64,000 bases of DNA, taken from NCBI GenBank assembly GCA_018646625.1, contig JABGUJ010000003.1, forward strand, positions 142,355 through 206,354, in the 5' to 3' direction. The notes beneath the pieces were generated by a model that saw only the letters and a program-made list of their open reading frames with translations, had not been told where the DNA came from and did not search any database. Shown here piece by piece: positions 26,289 to 36,056 of this stretch (its first letter is position 1; every line of letters starts with the position of its first letter). Source of the DNA: Candidatus Woesearchaeota archaeon. GTDB taxonomy: Archaea; Nanobdellota; Nanobdellia; Woesearchaeales; JABGUJ01. The translations under genes were made by a program, and so were the position numbers.

Positions 26289-27926
26289 CTACATCATACC
26301 AGGAGGCATACCACCCATTCCGCCAGGAGGCATAGGAGGTTCTTGACCACCGCCAGTAGATGCAATCACATCATCAATTCTAAGAATCATTATGGCAACT
26401 TCGGTTGCGGAGTTAACTGCCTGAGTCTTAATCTTCAAGGGTTCAATAATTCCTTTTGACCAAGCATCTATAACCTTGCCGCTGAAAACATCAATACCCG
26501 CCCAGATTCTTTTATTGTCGTGCGCAGATTTTAACTCAGTCACAACATCAATAGGATCTAATCCTCCGTTCTCAGCAAGAGTTCTTGGTATAACTTCAAC
26601 AGCATTTGCAAAAGCCAAAACAGCTAATTGTTCTCTACCGCTCAAACTATTAGAGTATTTTCTCAATCTCTTACCCAGTTCAATCTCAGGAGAACCAGCG
26701 CCAGCAACAACCTTTCCAAGCTGTAATGCTGCAACTATATCACCAATTGCATCTTCCATTGCTCTTTTAACTTCATCAATAACGTGCTCAGATCCGCCTC
26801 GCACAAGAATTGTTACAGATTTAGGATTTCTACATTCTTCAACATAAGTCATTTCTTCATCGCCGACTTTTCTTGCAGCAACGTCACCAGCATAACCTAA
26901 CTCTTTTGCAGTCAAATTATCAAGATTAGTAACAATTGAAGCATTGGTTGCCTTTGCTAAAGCTTCCATGTCAGATTTTTTAACTCTTCTAACAGCATAG
27001 ATTCCTTTCTTTGCTAAAAAATGTTGAGCTAAATCATCAATACCTTTCTGACAAAACAAAATAGTTGCACCAGAAGCAGCCACTTTCTCCACCATTTGCT
27101 TAAGCATATTCTCTTCTTGATCTAAGAAAGCCTGCATCTGTGAAGGATCAGTAATCTGAATCTTCGCATCAATCTCCGTATTTTTAATTTCTAATGCGGA
27201 ATCAACCAATGCAATCTTCGCCTTCTCAATACAAGCAGGCATTCCAGAATGTACTCGTTCTTTATCAATAATAAGTCCTTTAACAATCTGAGTATCCTCT
27301 AGCTTGCCACCAACTTTCTTTTCTATCTTAATGTCATCTCTAACAAAGAACTCTTCATTTGCTTTAGCTAGTTGCTTAACAGCTCCAACCACCAAACCTG
27401 CAAATAAATCTTTAGCAGACTCAGCGCCTTTACCAGTCATAGCAGTAACTGCGATCTTTTTCAACACATCAGAATTTTTAATATCAATTTTAACAGAAAT
27501 ATCATCTAAGATATCTAGTGCTTTTTTGTTTGCTAATCTGAATCCTTTTGCAATAACAGTTGGATGAATATTTTTATCAAGCAATTCCTCAGCATTCTTC
27601 AACAATTCACCTGCAAAAACAACAGCAGTAGTAGTTCCATCACCAACCTCATCTTCTTGAGTCTTAGCAATTTCAACAATCATTTTAGCAGCTGGATGTT
27701 CAACACCCATTTCTTCTAAAATTGTAACACCATCATTAGTTACCACAACATCACCCAGACTATCCACTAACATCTTATCCATTCCTTTAGGACCTAGAGT
27801 AGTTCTAACAGTCTCAGCCACTAATTTAGCAGCCATTATGTTGTTTCGTTGAGCACTTTTACCAGTAGTTCTTTGAGAACCTTCAGGCAGAATAAAAATT
27901 GGTTGAACATTTTGATTATTTGTCAT
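26289..27926 (-). CDS. ths: Thermosome (group II chaperonin) subunit
   Basis: [35 protein letters not shown] tail. Confidence 0.98.
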   Translation of the reverse strand: MTNNQNVQPIFILPEGSQRTTGKSAQRNNIMAAKLVAETVRTTLGPKGMDKMLVDSLGDVVVTNDGVTILEEMGVEHPAAKMIVEIAKTQEDEVGDGTTTAVVFAGELLKNAEELLDKNIHPTVIAKGFRLANKKALDILDDISVKIDIKNSDVLKKIAVTAMTGKGAESAKDLFAGLVVGAVKQLAKANEEFFVRDDIKIEKKVGGKLEDTQIVKGLIIDKERVHSGMPACIEKAKIALVDSALEIKNTEIDAKIQITDPSQMQAFLDQEENMLKQMVEKVAASGATILFCQKGIDDLAQHFLAKKGIYAVRRVKKSDMEALAKATNASIVTNLDNLTAKELGYAGDVAARKVGDEEMTYVEECRNPKSVTILVRGGSEHVIDEVKRAMEDAIGDIVAALQLGKVVAGAGSPEIELGKRLRKYSNSLSGREQLAVLAFANAVEVIPRTLAENGGLDPIDVVTELKSAHDNKRIWAGIDVFSGKVIDAWSKGIIEPLKIKTQAVNSATEVAIMILRIDDVIASTGGGQEPPMPPGGMGGMPPGMM

Positions 27927-28073
27927 AATTTACACCCCATAGACATCGTTTTCAATAATTATGATAAACCCATCTGAAAAGATGGTGATATTTAAACGTT
28001 ACGATTGGCAAAATCCCATAATTAGGGCCTCTAAGGAGTAAGCTTTATAAGGGCACCAATCTCTTAAAATTCA

Positions 28074-30206
28074 ATGGATGCAACGATAGGAACAGACATA
28101 ACTTTAGGCAAGAGCGAATGCATATTTCCGCTTGAAAACCTAAAGAAACACTTCATCGCACTAGGTTCAAGTGGATCTGGAAAAACCGTTATGTGTAAAG
28201 TCTTAATCGAGGAAGCAATCTTAAACAACATCCCGGCCATCATCGTAGATCCGCAAGGTGACCTGGCAAGCTTAACACAAATGGATCTTAAAGAAGTAAA
28301 GAAAGTAAAAGACCTAAACACAATAAACAAACTCGAAAGCATAAGAAACGCCAAGATCACAATATTTACTCCAACATCATCCAAAGGAATTCCTTTAAGC
28401 ATCAATCCATTAAAACTTCCAAAAACAAAATTAGATCATGAAGAACTCATAAGCATCATAAATCAGATTGCATCTTCTATATGTAAATTAATAGGATACA
28501 AAGAAGATGATAATGGCAAATCGGCCCAAGCATTACTATATCTAGCACTTAATCATGCATACAAGAAGAAAAAAGATCTAAACACATTCAATAACTTAAT
28601 CAAACTTCTAGACAACTTACCGTGGAGCATAAAACGAGAAGCAAAATCATTCATCAAGATAAAAGACGAATTAACAAGAAAACTAAAATTTCTAACAATA
28701 GGAGAAAAAGAATTGTTGTTCCAATTTGGAGTCCCACTAGATATTGAGATGTTATTAGGGAAAAACAACGATGAAGATACAACCCAAATAAGTATAATAT
28801 ATCTAAACACACTAGAAAATCCTAAAGACAAAGAATTCTTTGTTTCAATACTAGCAACAAACATGTATCAATGGATGTTATCTAACCCTAGCAAAGATCT
28901 TCAAGCACTTTTCTTCATAGACGAAGTCGCACCCTACATTCCTGCAGGTAGTCTAAAGCCAATAACAAAACCAATCCTAAAATTAATATACAAACAAGCA
29001 AGAAAATACGGTGTTGGATGCATAGCCAGCACCCAAAACCCAGGAGATATCGATTACACTTGCTTCTCACAATTTGGAACTTGGGCTATTGGAAGATTAA
29101 CCACAAAACAAGATAAACAAAAAATAAAAGATACTCTCGAGTCGGTAGCCGGCTCAGAGATTAAAGAAATAACTGAAACATTGCCAAAACTAAAGCCAGG
29201 AGAATTTTTCATTTTCTCACCAGATGCATATCAAGAAATTAAAAATGTTAAGGTCAGAAGATTATATACTAAACACATCACATTAACTGAAGAAGATGTT
29301 AAGAAAAACACCACAGATCTTCAAAGATCAGAATACAACATAATCCAACCAATAAGCTTAAGAGAAGACACAGAAGACGATCTTATCGAAGAAATAGAAG
29401 AACCAGAAGAAGAAATTGTACCAGAACCTAAAAAGAAAGGAAAAAGACAAAAAAAGTCAGAAGACTTCTCATTTAACATACTATACTTCCCAATCCAAGT
29501 TCGCGAAGATGAAATAAACGAACTTTCCGAAAAACTTCAGAAAAGGACCTTAATCACAAGAAAACCTACTGAAGAAATTGTTGCAAAGAACCTAAACTTC
29601 GAACCAGTTCTTAGAGCAAGAATCAAAGTAAGAGAAAGAGCAACCCTAGGTTTAAAGAAAGAAACATTAGAATATGTAGTTTTCTTTGACGGTGAAAACG
29701 GCCACCTGCTGAAATTCGATTCTAGAAACAACTTTAAATCATTTCCTGGATTCTCAAGATTAATAAAATACAACAGAGAAAAACTAGAAACGTTCAAAAC
29801 ACTATACGAACGAAAAGAACCATACACACATTCATATTTAGCAAGTCTTGTTAATCTTGATTCAAAGAAAGTTAAGAAACACCTTAAAGAACTACAAAAA
29901 GATGCTCTAGCTCTCTATAACCAACAATACGAAAAGTGGGTTGCAGCAGATAATGTAGTAATTCCTAGCACAATAGGAAAGATCTCATCACCGTCAATAG
30001 TTTTCTCAAGAGAAGACATGAAAGGCAGTATAATAGAATCCACAGTTGATGAGAAAAACCTAAAGAACGTAATAGAGCTCTGGTTTAACAACACAGAGAA
30101 TATAGAAATTGACACAGTTTATTACCCGATATATGAGCTAGTGTATAAATCAAGAAACAACAAACGCTTTGTTAAAATAAGCGCAGTAAATGGGAAGATA
30201 CTCTAA
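28074..30206 (+). CDS. HerA/FtsK superfamily (DUF853-like) ATPase with C-terminal extension
   Basis: Walker A GSSGSGKT, IVDPQGD, Walker B FFIDE, QARKYG arginine finger, STQNPGD. Confidence 0.85.
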   Translation: MDATIGTDITLGKSECIFPLENLKKHFIALGSSGSGKTVMCKVLIEEAILNNIPAIIVDPQGDLASLTQMDLKEVKKVKDLNTINKLESIRNAKITIFTPTSSKGIPLSINPLKLPKTKLDHEELISIINQIASSICKLIGYKEDDNGKSAQALLYLALNHAYKKKKDLNTFNNLIKLLDNLPWSIKREAKSFIKIKDELTRKLKFLTIGEKELLFQFGVPLDIEMLLGKNNDEDTTQISIIYLNTLENPKDKEFFVSILATNMYQWMLSNPSKDLQALFFIDEVAPYIPAGSLKPITKPILKLIYKQARKYGVGCIASTQNPGDIDYTCFSQFGTWAIGRLTTKQDKQKIKDTLESVAGSEIKEITETLPKLKPGEFFIFSPDAYQEIKNVKVRRLYTKHITLTEEDVKKNTTDLQRSEYNIIQPISLREDTEDDLIEEIEEPEEEIVPEPKKKGKRQKKSEDFSFNILYFPIQVREDEINELSEKLQKRTLITRKPTEEIVAKNLNFEPVLRARIKVRERATLGLKKETLEYVVFFDGENGHLLKFDSRNNFKSFPGFSRLIKYNREKLETFKTLYERKEPYTHSYLASLVNLDSKKVKKHLKELQKDALALYNQQYEKWVAADNVVIPSTIGKISSPSIVFSREDMKGSIIESTVDEKNLKNVIELWFNNTENIEIDTVYYPIYELVYKSRNNKRFVKISAVNGKIL

Positions 30207-30207
30207 A

Positions 30208-30816
30208 ATGGCAGAAGTACATGTATTAGCAATAGGAAATCATTCAATGAATGAAGACAAGACTCTAGACATTGGTTCTACAGTTACTTTAATCAAGAGT
30301 AATAAGAAGATAATAGTCGACACAGGGTCATTCAAAGATCAAGATCGTATCATAAGTAGTCTAAAAGATCACAACCTCACACCCGAAGATATTGACATAG
30401 TAATTCTAACTCATTTACATTTAGATCACACAGTTAATACACACTTATTCAAAAACGCACAAATAATGTGTAAGTTCAGAGGTGGAGATTACCCTGGCCA
30501 GATGCACACACCAAGTAAAGGAAATCTTCAAAGAGCAGATTTATCAGATGGTAATGAGATTGCAGAAAACGTTTTCATAATGCACACTCCAGGCCATACT
30601 GAAGACATGATATCTGTAAGAGTAAACACAGACAAAGGATCTGTAGTTATTGCAGGAGATGCAATACCAAGCAAAGAGTACATGAGCATAGAAAAACAAC
30701 CTAATCCTGTGTTAATGGATGTTGAAGAATTTAACAAAAGCAGAAACAAGATTCTAGAAGTCGCAGATTACATCGTACCAGGTCACGGCGATATTTTCAA
30801 AGTTGAAAAGAACTAA
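30208..30816 (+). CDS. MBL-fold metallo-hydrolase
   Basis: IVDTG, THLHLDH, TPGHT, IAGDA, VPGHG. Confidence 0.92.
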   Translation: MAEVHVLAIGNHSMNEDKTLDIGSTVTLIKSNKKIIVDTGSFKDQDRIISSLKDHNLTPEDIDIVILTHLHLDHTVNTHLFKNAQIMCKFRGGDYPGQMHTPSKGNLQRADLSDGNEIAENVFIMHTPGHTEDMISVRVNTDKGSVVIAGDAIPSKEYMSIEKQPNPVLMDVEEFNKSRNKILEVADYIVPGHGDIFKVEKN

Positions 30817-31199
30817 TTCTGAATAGACAACTCTCCAGTTATCTTATCAATATCTGTAACAGAAGCAGGACCTATAGCACCACAGGTTACTGTACCAGGA
30901 GCAACAACAGTTCTACCAGCATCAGTTATAACAGAAGTAGTCAAACCCAAATCTTTAGCTTGCTGAATATGTTTATACAAATCTGCTTGATCTTTTACTT
31001 TAACAACTATCTTCATCATTCCTTCATTTCTCCAAGAACTCAATACAGATTTATCAGCTTTCAAAACAGCATCAACTGAAGCATGAGCTACTTGAGCCGC
31101 CATCTTACCTTTAGGCAACTTTAGATCTTCTCGAACCATAACAATTTGTTTATATTTTTCGTCGCTCATTTTTGAAAACAGTTTTGAAATAAAACCCAT
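30813..31199 (-). CDS. pth2: Peptidyl-tRNA hydrolase Pth2
   Basis: YKQIVMVREDLKL.KGKMAAQVAHAS, KIVVKV, DAGRT, AIGP. Confidence 0.95.
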   Translation of the reverse strand: MGFISKLFSKMSDEKYKQIVMVREDLKLPKGKMAAQVAHASVDAVLKADKSVLSSWRNEGMMKIVVKVKDQADLYKHIQQAKDLGLTTSVITDAGRTVVAPGTVTCGAIGPASVTDIDKITGELSIQN

Positions 31200-31234
31200 A
31201 CAAAACAATACAAGAAGACGCTATTTAAAGCTTT

Positions 31235-32284
31235 CTAAACATCTCTATCAATCAGATAACTAGCAAACTCACCAACCAACGTCTTAGCAGAAGATTCAGG
31301 ATATTTATTCGAAACTTCCAACCAAGATTCTTCAACTAAATCTTTAGCAAACTTATTTACAAACTCAACAGAATCATACTTCAAGATTATCTCAATTGCT
31401 TCATTTATCAAAGAGACATCCTTGGTGTGCAGTCCCAATATTTCTAACAAACGAGATTTATCTGTATCCGAAGCCACATCTAATGTTCTAATCACCAACA
31501 AAGACATCTTACCTTCAGTTATATCATCCCCTCGATCCTTGCCCCATTTATCGGATGGTTTAATATTAAGAATATCATCTTTTATCTGAAAAGCAACACC
31601 CACTCTCTCAGCAAATTTACTCAAAACGTTTTGATCTTCAACAGAACCATTAGCTAAGACAACGCCCAACTTTGCGGACAACCTCGCCAAAGTACCAGTC
31701 TTAAATGCACACATTTGACAATACTGATCGACAGAAACATTATTCTTACTAGTTTTGTGCCACCAAATATCTAACGCCTGTCCAGAATGAAGTTTCATCA
31801 TTTCAGTAGAAATTAATTCATAAATTTTATTCTTTGTAGAATCATCCAAGTCAGATTTCAACACAACATCAAAAGGTAAGAAATACATACTATTGCCTGC
31901 ATTTATTGCAACATCCACTCCAAAACTCTTGTGCACACACGGTTTTCCCCGTCTTAACTCAGAACTATCTTCTATATCGTCCACTAGCAAAGTTCCATTA
32001 TGAAGTATTTCAGGAATAACTGTATACTTCAACACATCATCCTTTCCACCAAGTAATTCATAGAACAACAACATCAAAGCAGGTCTCCATCTTTTTCCGC
32101 CCCTATCTAACAGATCCCAGATAGGATCACAAAGAGCTTTACTCAAACTCTCAACATCGTACTCAAATGAAACAGAACCATGAAATCTATCTAAACTTTT
32201 AGAATCAAATTCATGAGGCAGAAATTTAGCCAACTCTTCATCTACTAACTTTTTCTTCTTAGCTAAATACTCATTAAACTTCAT
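31235..32284 (-). CDS. Polyprenyl (geranylgeranyl) diphosphate synthase
   Basis: GGKRWRP, DDIEDSSELRRG, GQALD, KT, FQIKDD, DITEGK. Confidence 0.93.
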   Translation of the reverse strand: MKFNEYLAKKKKLVDEELAKFLPHEFDSKSLDRFHGSVSFEYDVESLSKALCDPIWDLLDRGGKRWRPALMLLFYELLGGKDDVLKYTVIPEILHNGTLLVDDIEDSSELRRGKPCVHKSFGVDVAINAGNSMYFLPFDVVLKSDLDDSTKNKIYELISTEMMKLHSGQALDIWWHKTSKNNVSVDQYCQMCAFKTGTLARLSAKLGVVLANGSVEDQNVLSKFAERVGVAFQIKDDILNIKPSDKWGKDRGDDITEGKMSLLVIRTLDVASDTDKSRLLEILGLHTKDVSLINEAIEIILKYDSVEFVNKFAKDLVEESWLEVSNKYPESSAKTLVGEFASYLIDRDV

Positions 32285-32322
32285 AAAGAAATAATCTACA
32301 CATTAGATATTAATGACTTTCG

Positions 32323-32834
32323 CTATTCTGGATGCAAATGTCGATAAAAAGCCTCGCCACCGCCTTTCACACCATCAGGAAAACGAGGAACTATTTGCCT
32401 ATGATATTGCCGAACCATTTGACCGGCCTTAGCACCATGATTCTCAAAGACATTTCCTGCACCATCAAAAGTACCTTGCTCAAGATCCTCAAGAATCACT
32501 TCAATTCTAGAAGCACAAGGCAATTTAGCATTTAAAGCCTCATCACTCGCCCATTTACGATACAAATCAATAAAATATCCAGGAGTTGCACGAATCATAT
32601 GACTAAGAACATCAAAAGCTTGTTCCTTAGCACGAGCAAAATGCCAAAGTTCTTCGGGAGTCATATCTGATTCCCTATAAACATCAGGTCTAACAGGAAT
32701 AACTAAAGAATGACCAAAGGCACTTGGCACAACATTCAAAGCCACAAAAGCATGCTCTCTAGAAACAATACATCCCCCTCTTTGGAATCCACCCACGCCT
32801 CTAATGGCTTTATTTCAAAAAAGTTATCTAACAT
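32323..32834 (-). pseudogene. HIT family protein, frameshifted near the 5' end (pseudogene or assembly indel)
   Basis: Main frame has EHAFVALN..P...GHSLVIP and N.G..AGQ.V..YH..IVPR; TATA-proximal ATG at 32834 (MLDNFFEIK...) is in a different frame and stops after 32 codons. Confidence 0.6.
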
Positions 32835-32869
32835 AGAAACAAAAAAAAATTAATAATTTATAAGCCTTA

Positions 32870-33961
32870 CTAGATCAATAATTTGCCCTTATCCATCACT
32901 TTAATGGAATTATCAACGATAATGGTAGGATTATTCAAAACCTGATCCAAATGAATAATGGCATAAATATCTCCACCAAACCAAGCATTAGAACCAATTG
33001 CAAAATGACAAGTACCTAATGTTTTCTCATCAATCATAGTACTCCCCATAATCTTAGCACGAGGATTCAAACCAACACCCAACTCACCAATTCTACGAAT
33101 ACCCCAAGGATGTTTTGCTTTACTCTCCGCCCAGACTAAACTTTCTTCTAACGCTTGAGCCTCTCGACCTCCAAGAATCTTGACAATAATTCCATTATCA
33201 ATCTCCAAGACAACAGGATCATCAACTATAATAGTATCATTTCTTGTACGCACACTACCATCAATCACAATCCGCCCATTGACCGCTCGTTTACTACAAG
33301 GAATATACACTTCACCTATTGGAAGATTTCCACCTGAAGCAGGAGTTTGAAACGCCCCATCATTACGCACCGCTTTCATATCCTCAACACCGTACATAAC
33401 ATTTGTTCCGGCCTCAGTGAAAACATGTATCATCTTAGCACCACTAAATATTTTTTCAAGTTTATCATAAACATCCAAGTAATCATCATCATCAATATTG
33501 TATGCATCAACAAACTCATCAATCATATCTGTAGACAAATAACCCAAACTGGTAGTAGAAACAAATCTATGTCCACGAGATCTACAAAACTTTCTAATAC
33601 TTTTACCCACTAACTCAGACTTACCAAACTTATCAGAAAGATTCATCACCACAACACTTTCTTCAGGCAAATCAAATAACTTCTTATCAACATCAGGATC
33701 AACACTATCTCCTCTAAACTTAACACCCTCCATTACAAAATCTACATCTAAACTAAGCTCTTGAGCAGCAAAATAATAAGCCGCAGAAATTATAGGAGAA
33801 ATTCGTTTATTCCTAAATCCAGTATCACCAATTATTAAGATCTTCTCATTAGACACACCCAGATGTCTTTCGATAACTAACTTAAACAAATCCACATATT
33901 TCTTAGAATCTTCATAAAGATCATTCGCCTTCAGCCAATCTAGAATACCGGTTACATTCAT
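32870..33961 (-). CDS. Aminopeptidase T-like metallopeptidase (M29 family)
   Basis: GNLPIGEVY, NGRIVIDGS, IGELGVGLNP, DEKTLGTCHFAIG, IHLD; start reassigned to ATG 33961. Confidence 0.88.
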   Translation of the reverse strand: MNVTGILDWLKANDLYEDSKKYVDLFKLVIERHLGVSNEKILIIGDTGFRNKRISPIISAAYYFAAQELSLDVDFVMEGVKFRGDSVDPDVDKKLFDLPEESVVVMNLSDKFGKSELVGKSIRKFCRSRGHRFVSTTSLGYLSTDMIDEFVDAYNIDDDDYLDVYDKLEKIFSGAKMIHVFTEAGTNVMYGVEDMKAVRNDGAFQTPASGGNLPIGEVYIPCSKRAVNGRIVIDGSVRTRNDTIIVDDPVVLEIDNGIIVKILGGREAQALEESLVWAESKAKHPWGIRRIGELGVGLNPRAKIMGSTMIDEKTLGTCHFAIGSNAWFGGDIYAIIHLDQVLNNPTIIVDNSIKVMDKGKLLI

Positions 33962-34048
33962 ACATAAACAACTAAGAGAACAACATTTAAACCTTTCTCT
34001 TCCAAGTGATAAACAAAGTTTATATAGCAAAAAACAGAAAAAAACACA

Positions 34049-34987
34049 ATGATAACTAGCGTATCCGTTTCTAGCGGCAAAATTAAGAGATATAAGAAGA
34101 TAGAGCACTCTAATCACACATGGATTGATGCTTTAAATCCCACGCCGGAAGAACTTAACAAAATATCAAAAGAATTTGGAATTTCGAGATATCGCTTAGA
34201 TAGAAGCCTTGATGAACAAGAAAGATCAAGAGTAGTAAACCTTGAAGACGGAATATATGTTGCATATCAAGCACCTTATTTCAAGAAAGACGAAGTAATA
34301 ACCCTTTCATTCGCAATATTCATAAAAAAAAATACAATATTAACATTAAGAAATCACAAAATAGTATCATTGAATCAAATAGCAAGCCTTCCCGACACTA
34401 AACTTAACGAACTTCTGTCAAAAGGCGCATGGAATTTCCTTCATTACATCTTAGATGAAGTTAATGACAACTACTTTGCAGTTTCTGAACAAATAACTAG
34501 CAAAATAAATGAGCTAGAAGATAGTGCAGTAGATGAAGAACAAGCAGAAAGCATGGAAAATTTCTTCTCAATAAAGAAAACACTCATCTACCTACACAAA
34601 TCATTAAGTGCAAACAGAGATGTACTTGCAAGAGTAGATAAAGAAGAAATAAAAGAACTAAAACCAGAAACAAGAAATAGATTCAGAGACATTTACGTTG
34701 ATACTATCCAGTTAATGGATATGATAAATACAAACAGAGAAATTCTAACAACGATTGCAGAAATTCACGCATCAAATGTATCTAACGATCTAAACAAAGT
34801 TATGAAAAAATTAACAGTATACGCATCACTTGTTATGGTACCAACCTTAATCTCAGGAATATACGGTATGAACTTCAGACAGATGCCCGAACTTTATTGG
34901 GTATACGGATATCCGTTCGCAATAGGATTAATGCTACTATCTGTATTAATGTTATACATATTGTTTAAGCTAAAAAAGTGGATCTAG
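34049..34987 (+). CDS. corA: CorA Mg2+/Co2+ transporter
   Basis: PTLISGIYGMNF..MPEL.W.YGYPF. Confidence 0.95.
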   Translation: MITSVSVSSGKIKRYKKIEHSNHTWIDALNPTPEELNKISKEFGISRYRLDRSLDEQERSRVVNLEDGIYVAYQAPYFKKDEVITLSFAIFIKKNTILTLRNHKIVSLNQIASLPDTKLNELLSKGAWNFLHYILDEVNDNYFAVSEQITSKINELEDSAVDEEQAESMENFFSIKKTLIYLHKSLSANRDVLARVDKEEIKELKPETRNRFRDIYVDTIQLMDMINTNREILTTIAEIHASNVSNDLNKVMKKLTVYASLVMVPTLISGIYGMNFRQMPELYWVYGYPFAIGLMLLSVLMLYILFKLKKWI

Positions 34988-35105
34988 CGCCCGAAAGCAA
35001 CGAATTCTTCAAAACAAACCATCAGAAAGACTTATAAATAACACGAATCTCCAGCAGCTATAAACACAATAAAAGGCCTGAAAGGGTCGTATTTAGGTGG
35101 TAATT

Positions 35106-35276
35106 ATGGAAAACACTCAATGCTCATCATGCAAAAAGAATATCGCAAACGACAGCGGCACAACTAGATTTCCGTGTCCTGAATGTGGTAAGACTGAGAT
35201 TATAAGATGCAGTCACTGCAGAAACATCGTTTCGAAGTACAAATGTTCTGAATGCGGATTTGAAGGACCAAACTAA
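35106..35276 (+). CDS. Small zinc-ribbon protein (DUF1610/HVO_2753-like), not in the ORF track
   Basis: MENTQCSSC...FPCPECG...IIRCSHCR....YKCSECGFEGPN; canonical neighbour of aEF-1beta; AGGTGG SD. Confidence 0.9.
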   Translation: MENTQCSSCKKNIANDSGTTRFPCPECGKTEIIRCSHCRNIVSKYKCSECGFEGPN

Positions 35277-35292
35277 AAGAGGAAAATAACAA

Positions 35293-35568
35293 ATGGCAGA
35301 CGCAATAATAACATTAAAAATCATGCCTGAAAGTCCAGAAGAGGATTTAGAAGCAATAAATACAAACGCAAAACAAATCATAAGTGAATTCGGTGGAGAA
35401 GTTGGAAAAGAAAACATCGAACCAGTTGCATTTGGACTAAAAGCAGTAATTCTTACATACGTCGCAGACGAAAAACTTGGCGGAACAGACGAATTAGAAG
35501 AAAAAATAGGAAACGTCGCAGGCGTTGCCGGCGTCGAAGTTACTGACGTAAGAAGAGCAATCGGATAA
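35293..35568 (+). CDS. ef1b: Elongation factor 1-beta
   Basis: LKIMPESPE.DL, EPVAFGLKA, DELEEKI..V.GV. Confidence 0.95.
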   Translation: MADAIITLKIMPESPEEDLEAINTNAKQIISEFGGEVGKENIEPVAFGLKAVILTYVADEKLGGTDELEEKIGNVAGVAGVEVTDVRRAIG

Positions 35569-35593
35569 ATTACTTTATCCAATCTTTTTTCTT

Positions 35594-35722
35594 TTAACTT
35601 AAAATAGGATTTCTGAAAAATCGATCTCTCTTCTTGAATCTCATATAAACTCTTTCTCCTCGAGTTTCAACTTGTCTCCATTGCAAGAAACCGTTGTCCA
35701 TTTTCATAAAATTGTATTTCAT
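35594..35722 (-). CDS. Small hypothetical protein (42 aa)
   Basis: MKYNFMKMDNGFLQWRQVETRGERVYMRFKKRDRFFRNPILS with an AAGGT SD-like site; size is the only other support. Confidence 0.35.
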   Translation of the reverse strand: MKYNFMKMDNGFLQWRQVETRGERVYMRFKKRDRFFRNPILS

Positions 35723-35729
35723 TTACCTT

Positions 35730-35873
35730 TCACCCCCGTGATAAAAAATCTAATAGTCCCCATCCTTGACCAAATGATGATAAAATTACTGAAGCTACTA
35801 TAACACCTACAAATAATCCTAAATGAAACCCTCCACCGTAAAACGTGAAAAAAATTAACCAGTAAAAGGGCAT
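35730..35873 (-). CDS. Small hypothetical membrane peptide
   Basis: MPFYWLIFF...LGLFVGVIVASVILSS hydrophobic; TTTATTAA box upstream. Confidence 0.35.
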   Translation of the reverse strand: MPFYWLIFFTFYGGGFHLGLFVGVIVASVILSSFGQGWGLLDFLSRG

Positions 35874-35985
35874 TGAGGTGAGAAATAACACCCTCTTACC
35901 AAGGTTAATAAAGGTTTGATTAGGTGAGCAAAATACATACTCGTTCCATCTACAAAAAACTGTCATTGACCCCCCAACATAAGGT

Positions 35986-36020
35986 AAAAAAAGGAGGCTG
36001 TCGGTAAGACAACCTGCCTT
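35986..36020 (-). terminator. Hairpin plus U-tract (intrinsic terminator-like) after the GAF-HD gene
   Basis: Minus strand AAGGCAGGTTGTC-TTACC-GACAGCCTCCTT-TTTTT. Confidence 0.55.
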
Positions 36021-36056
36021 GATTGTTTTAAACCACTCCCCAAAAAATGAAGTGAA

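Noticed and set aside
31235..32284. GGPP synthase as evidence of full lipid biosynthesis
   Set aside because: A single gene with no mevalonate or GGGPS neighbours here cannot support the claim
33962..34117. Long N-terminal extensions given by the ORF track (also 1653-1730, 4051-4101, 12311-12370)
   Set aside because: They run through promoters or neighbouring genes; downstream ATGs fit family starts and TATA spacing
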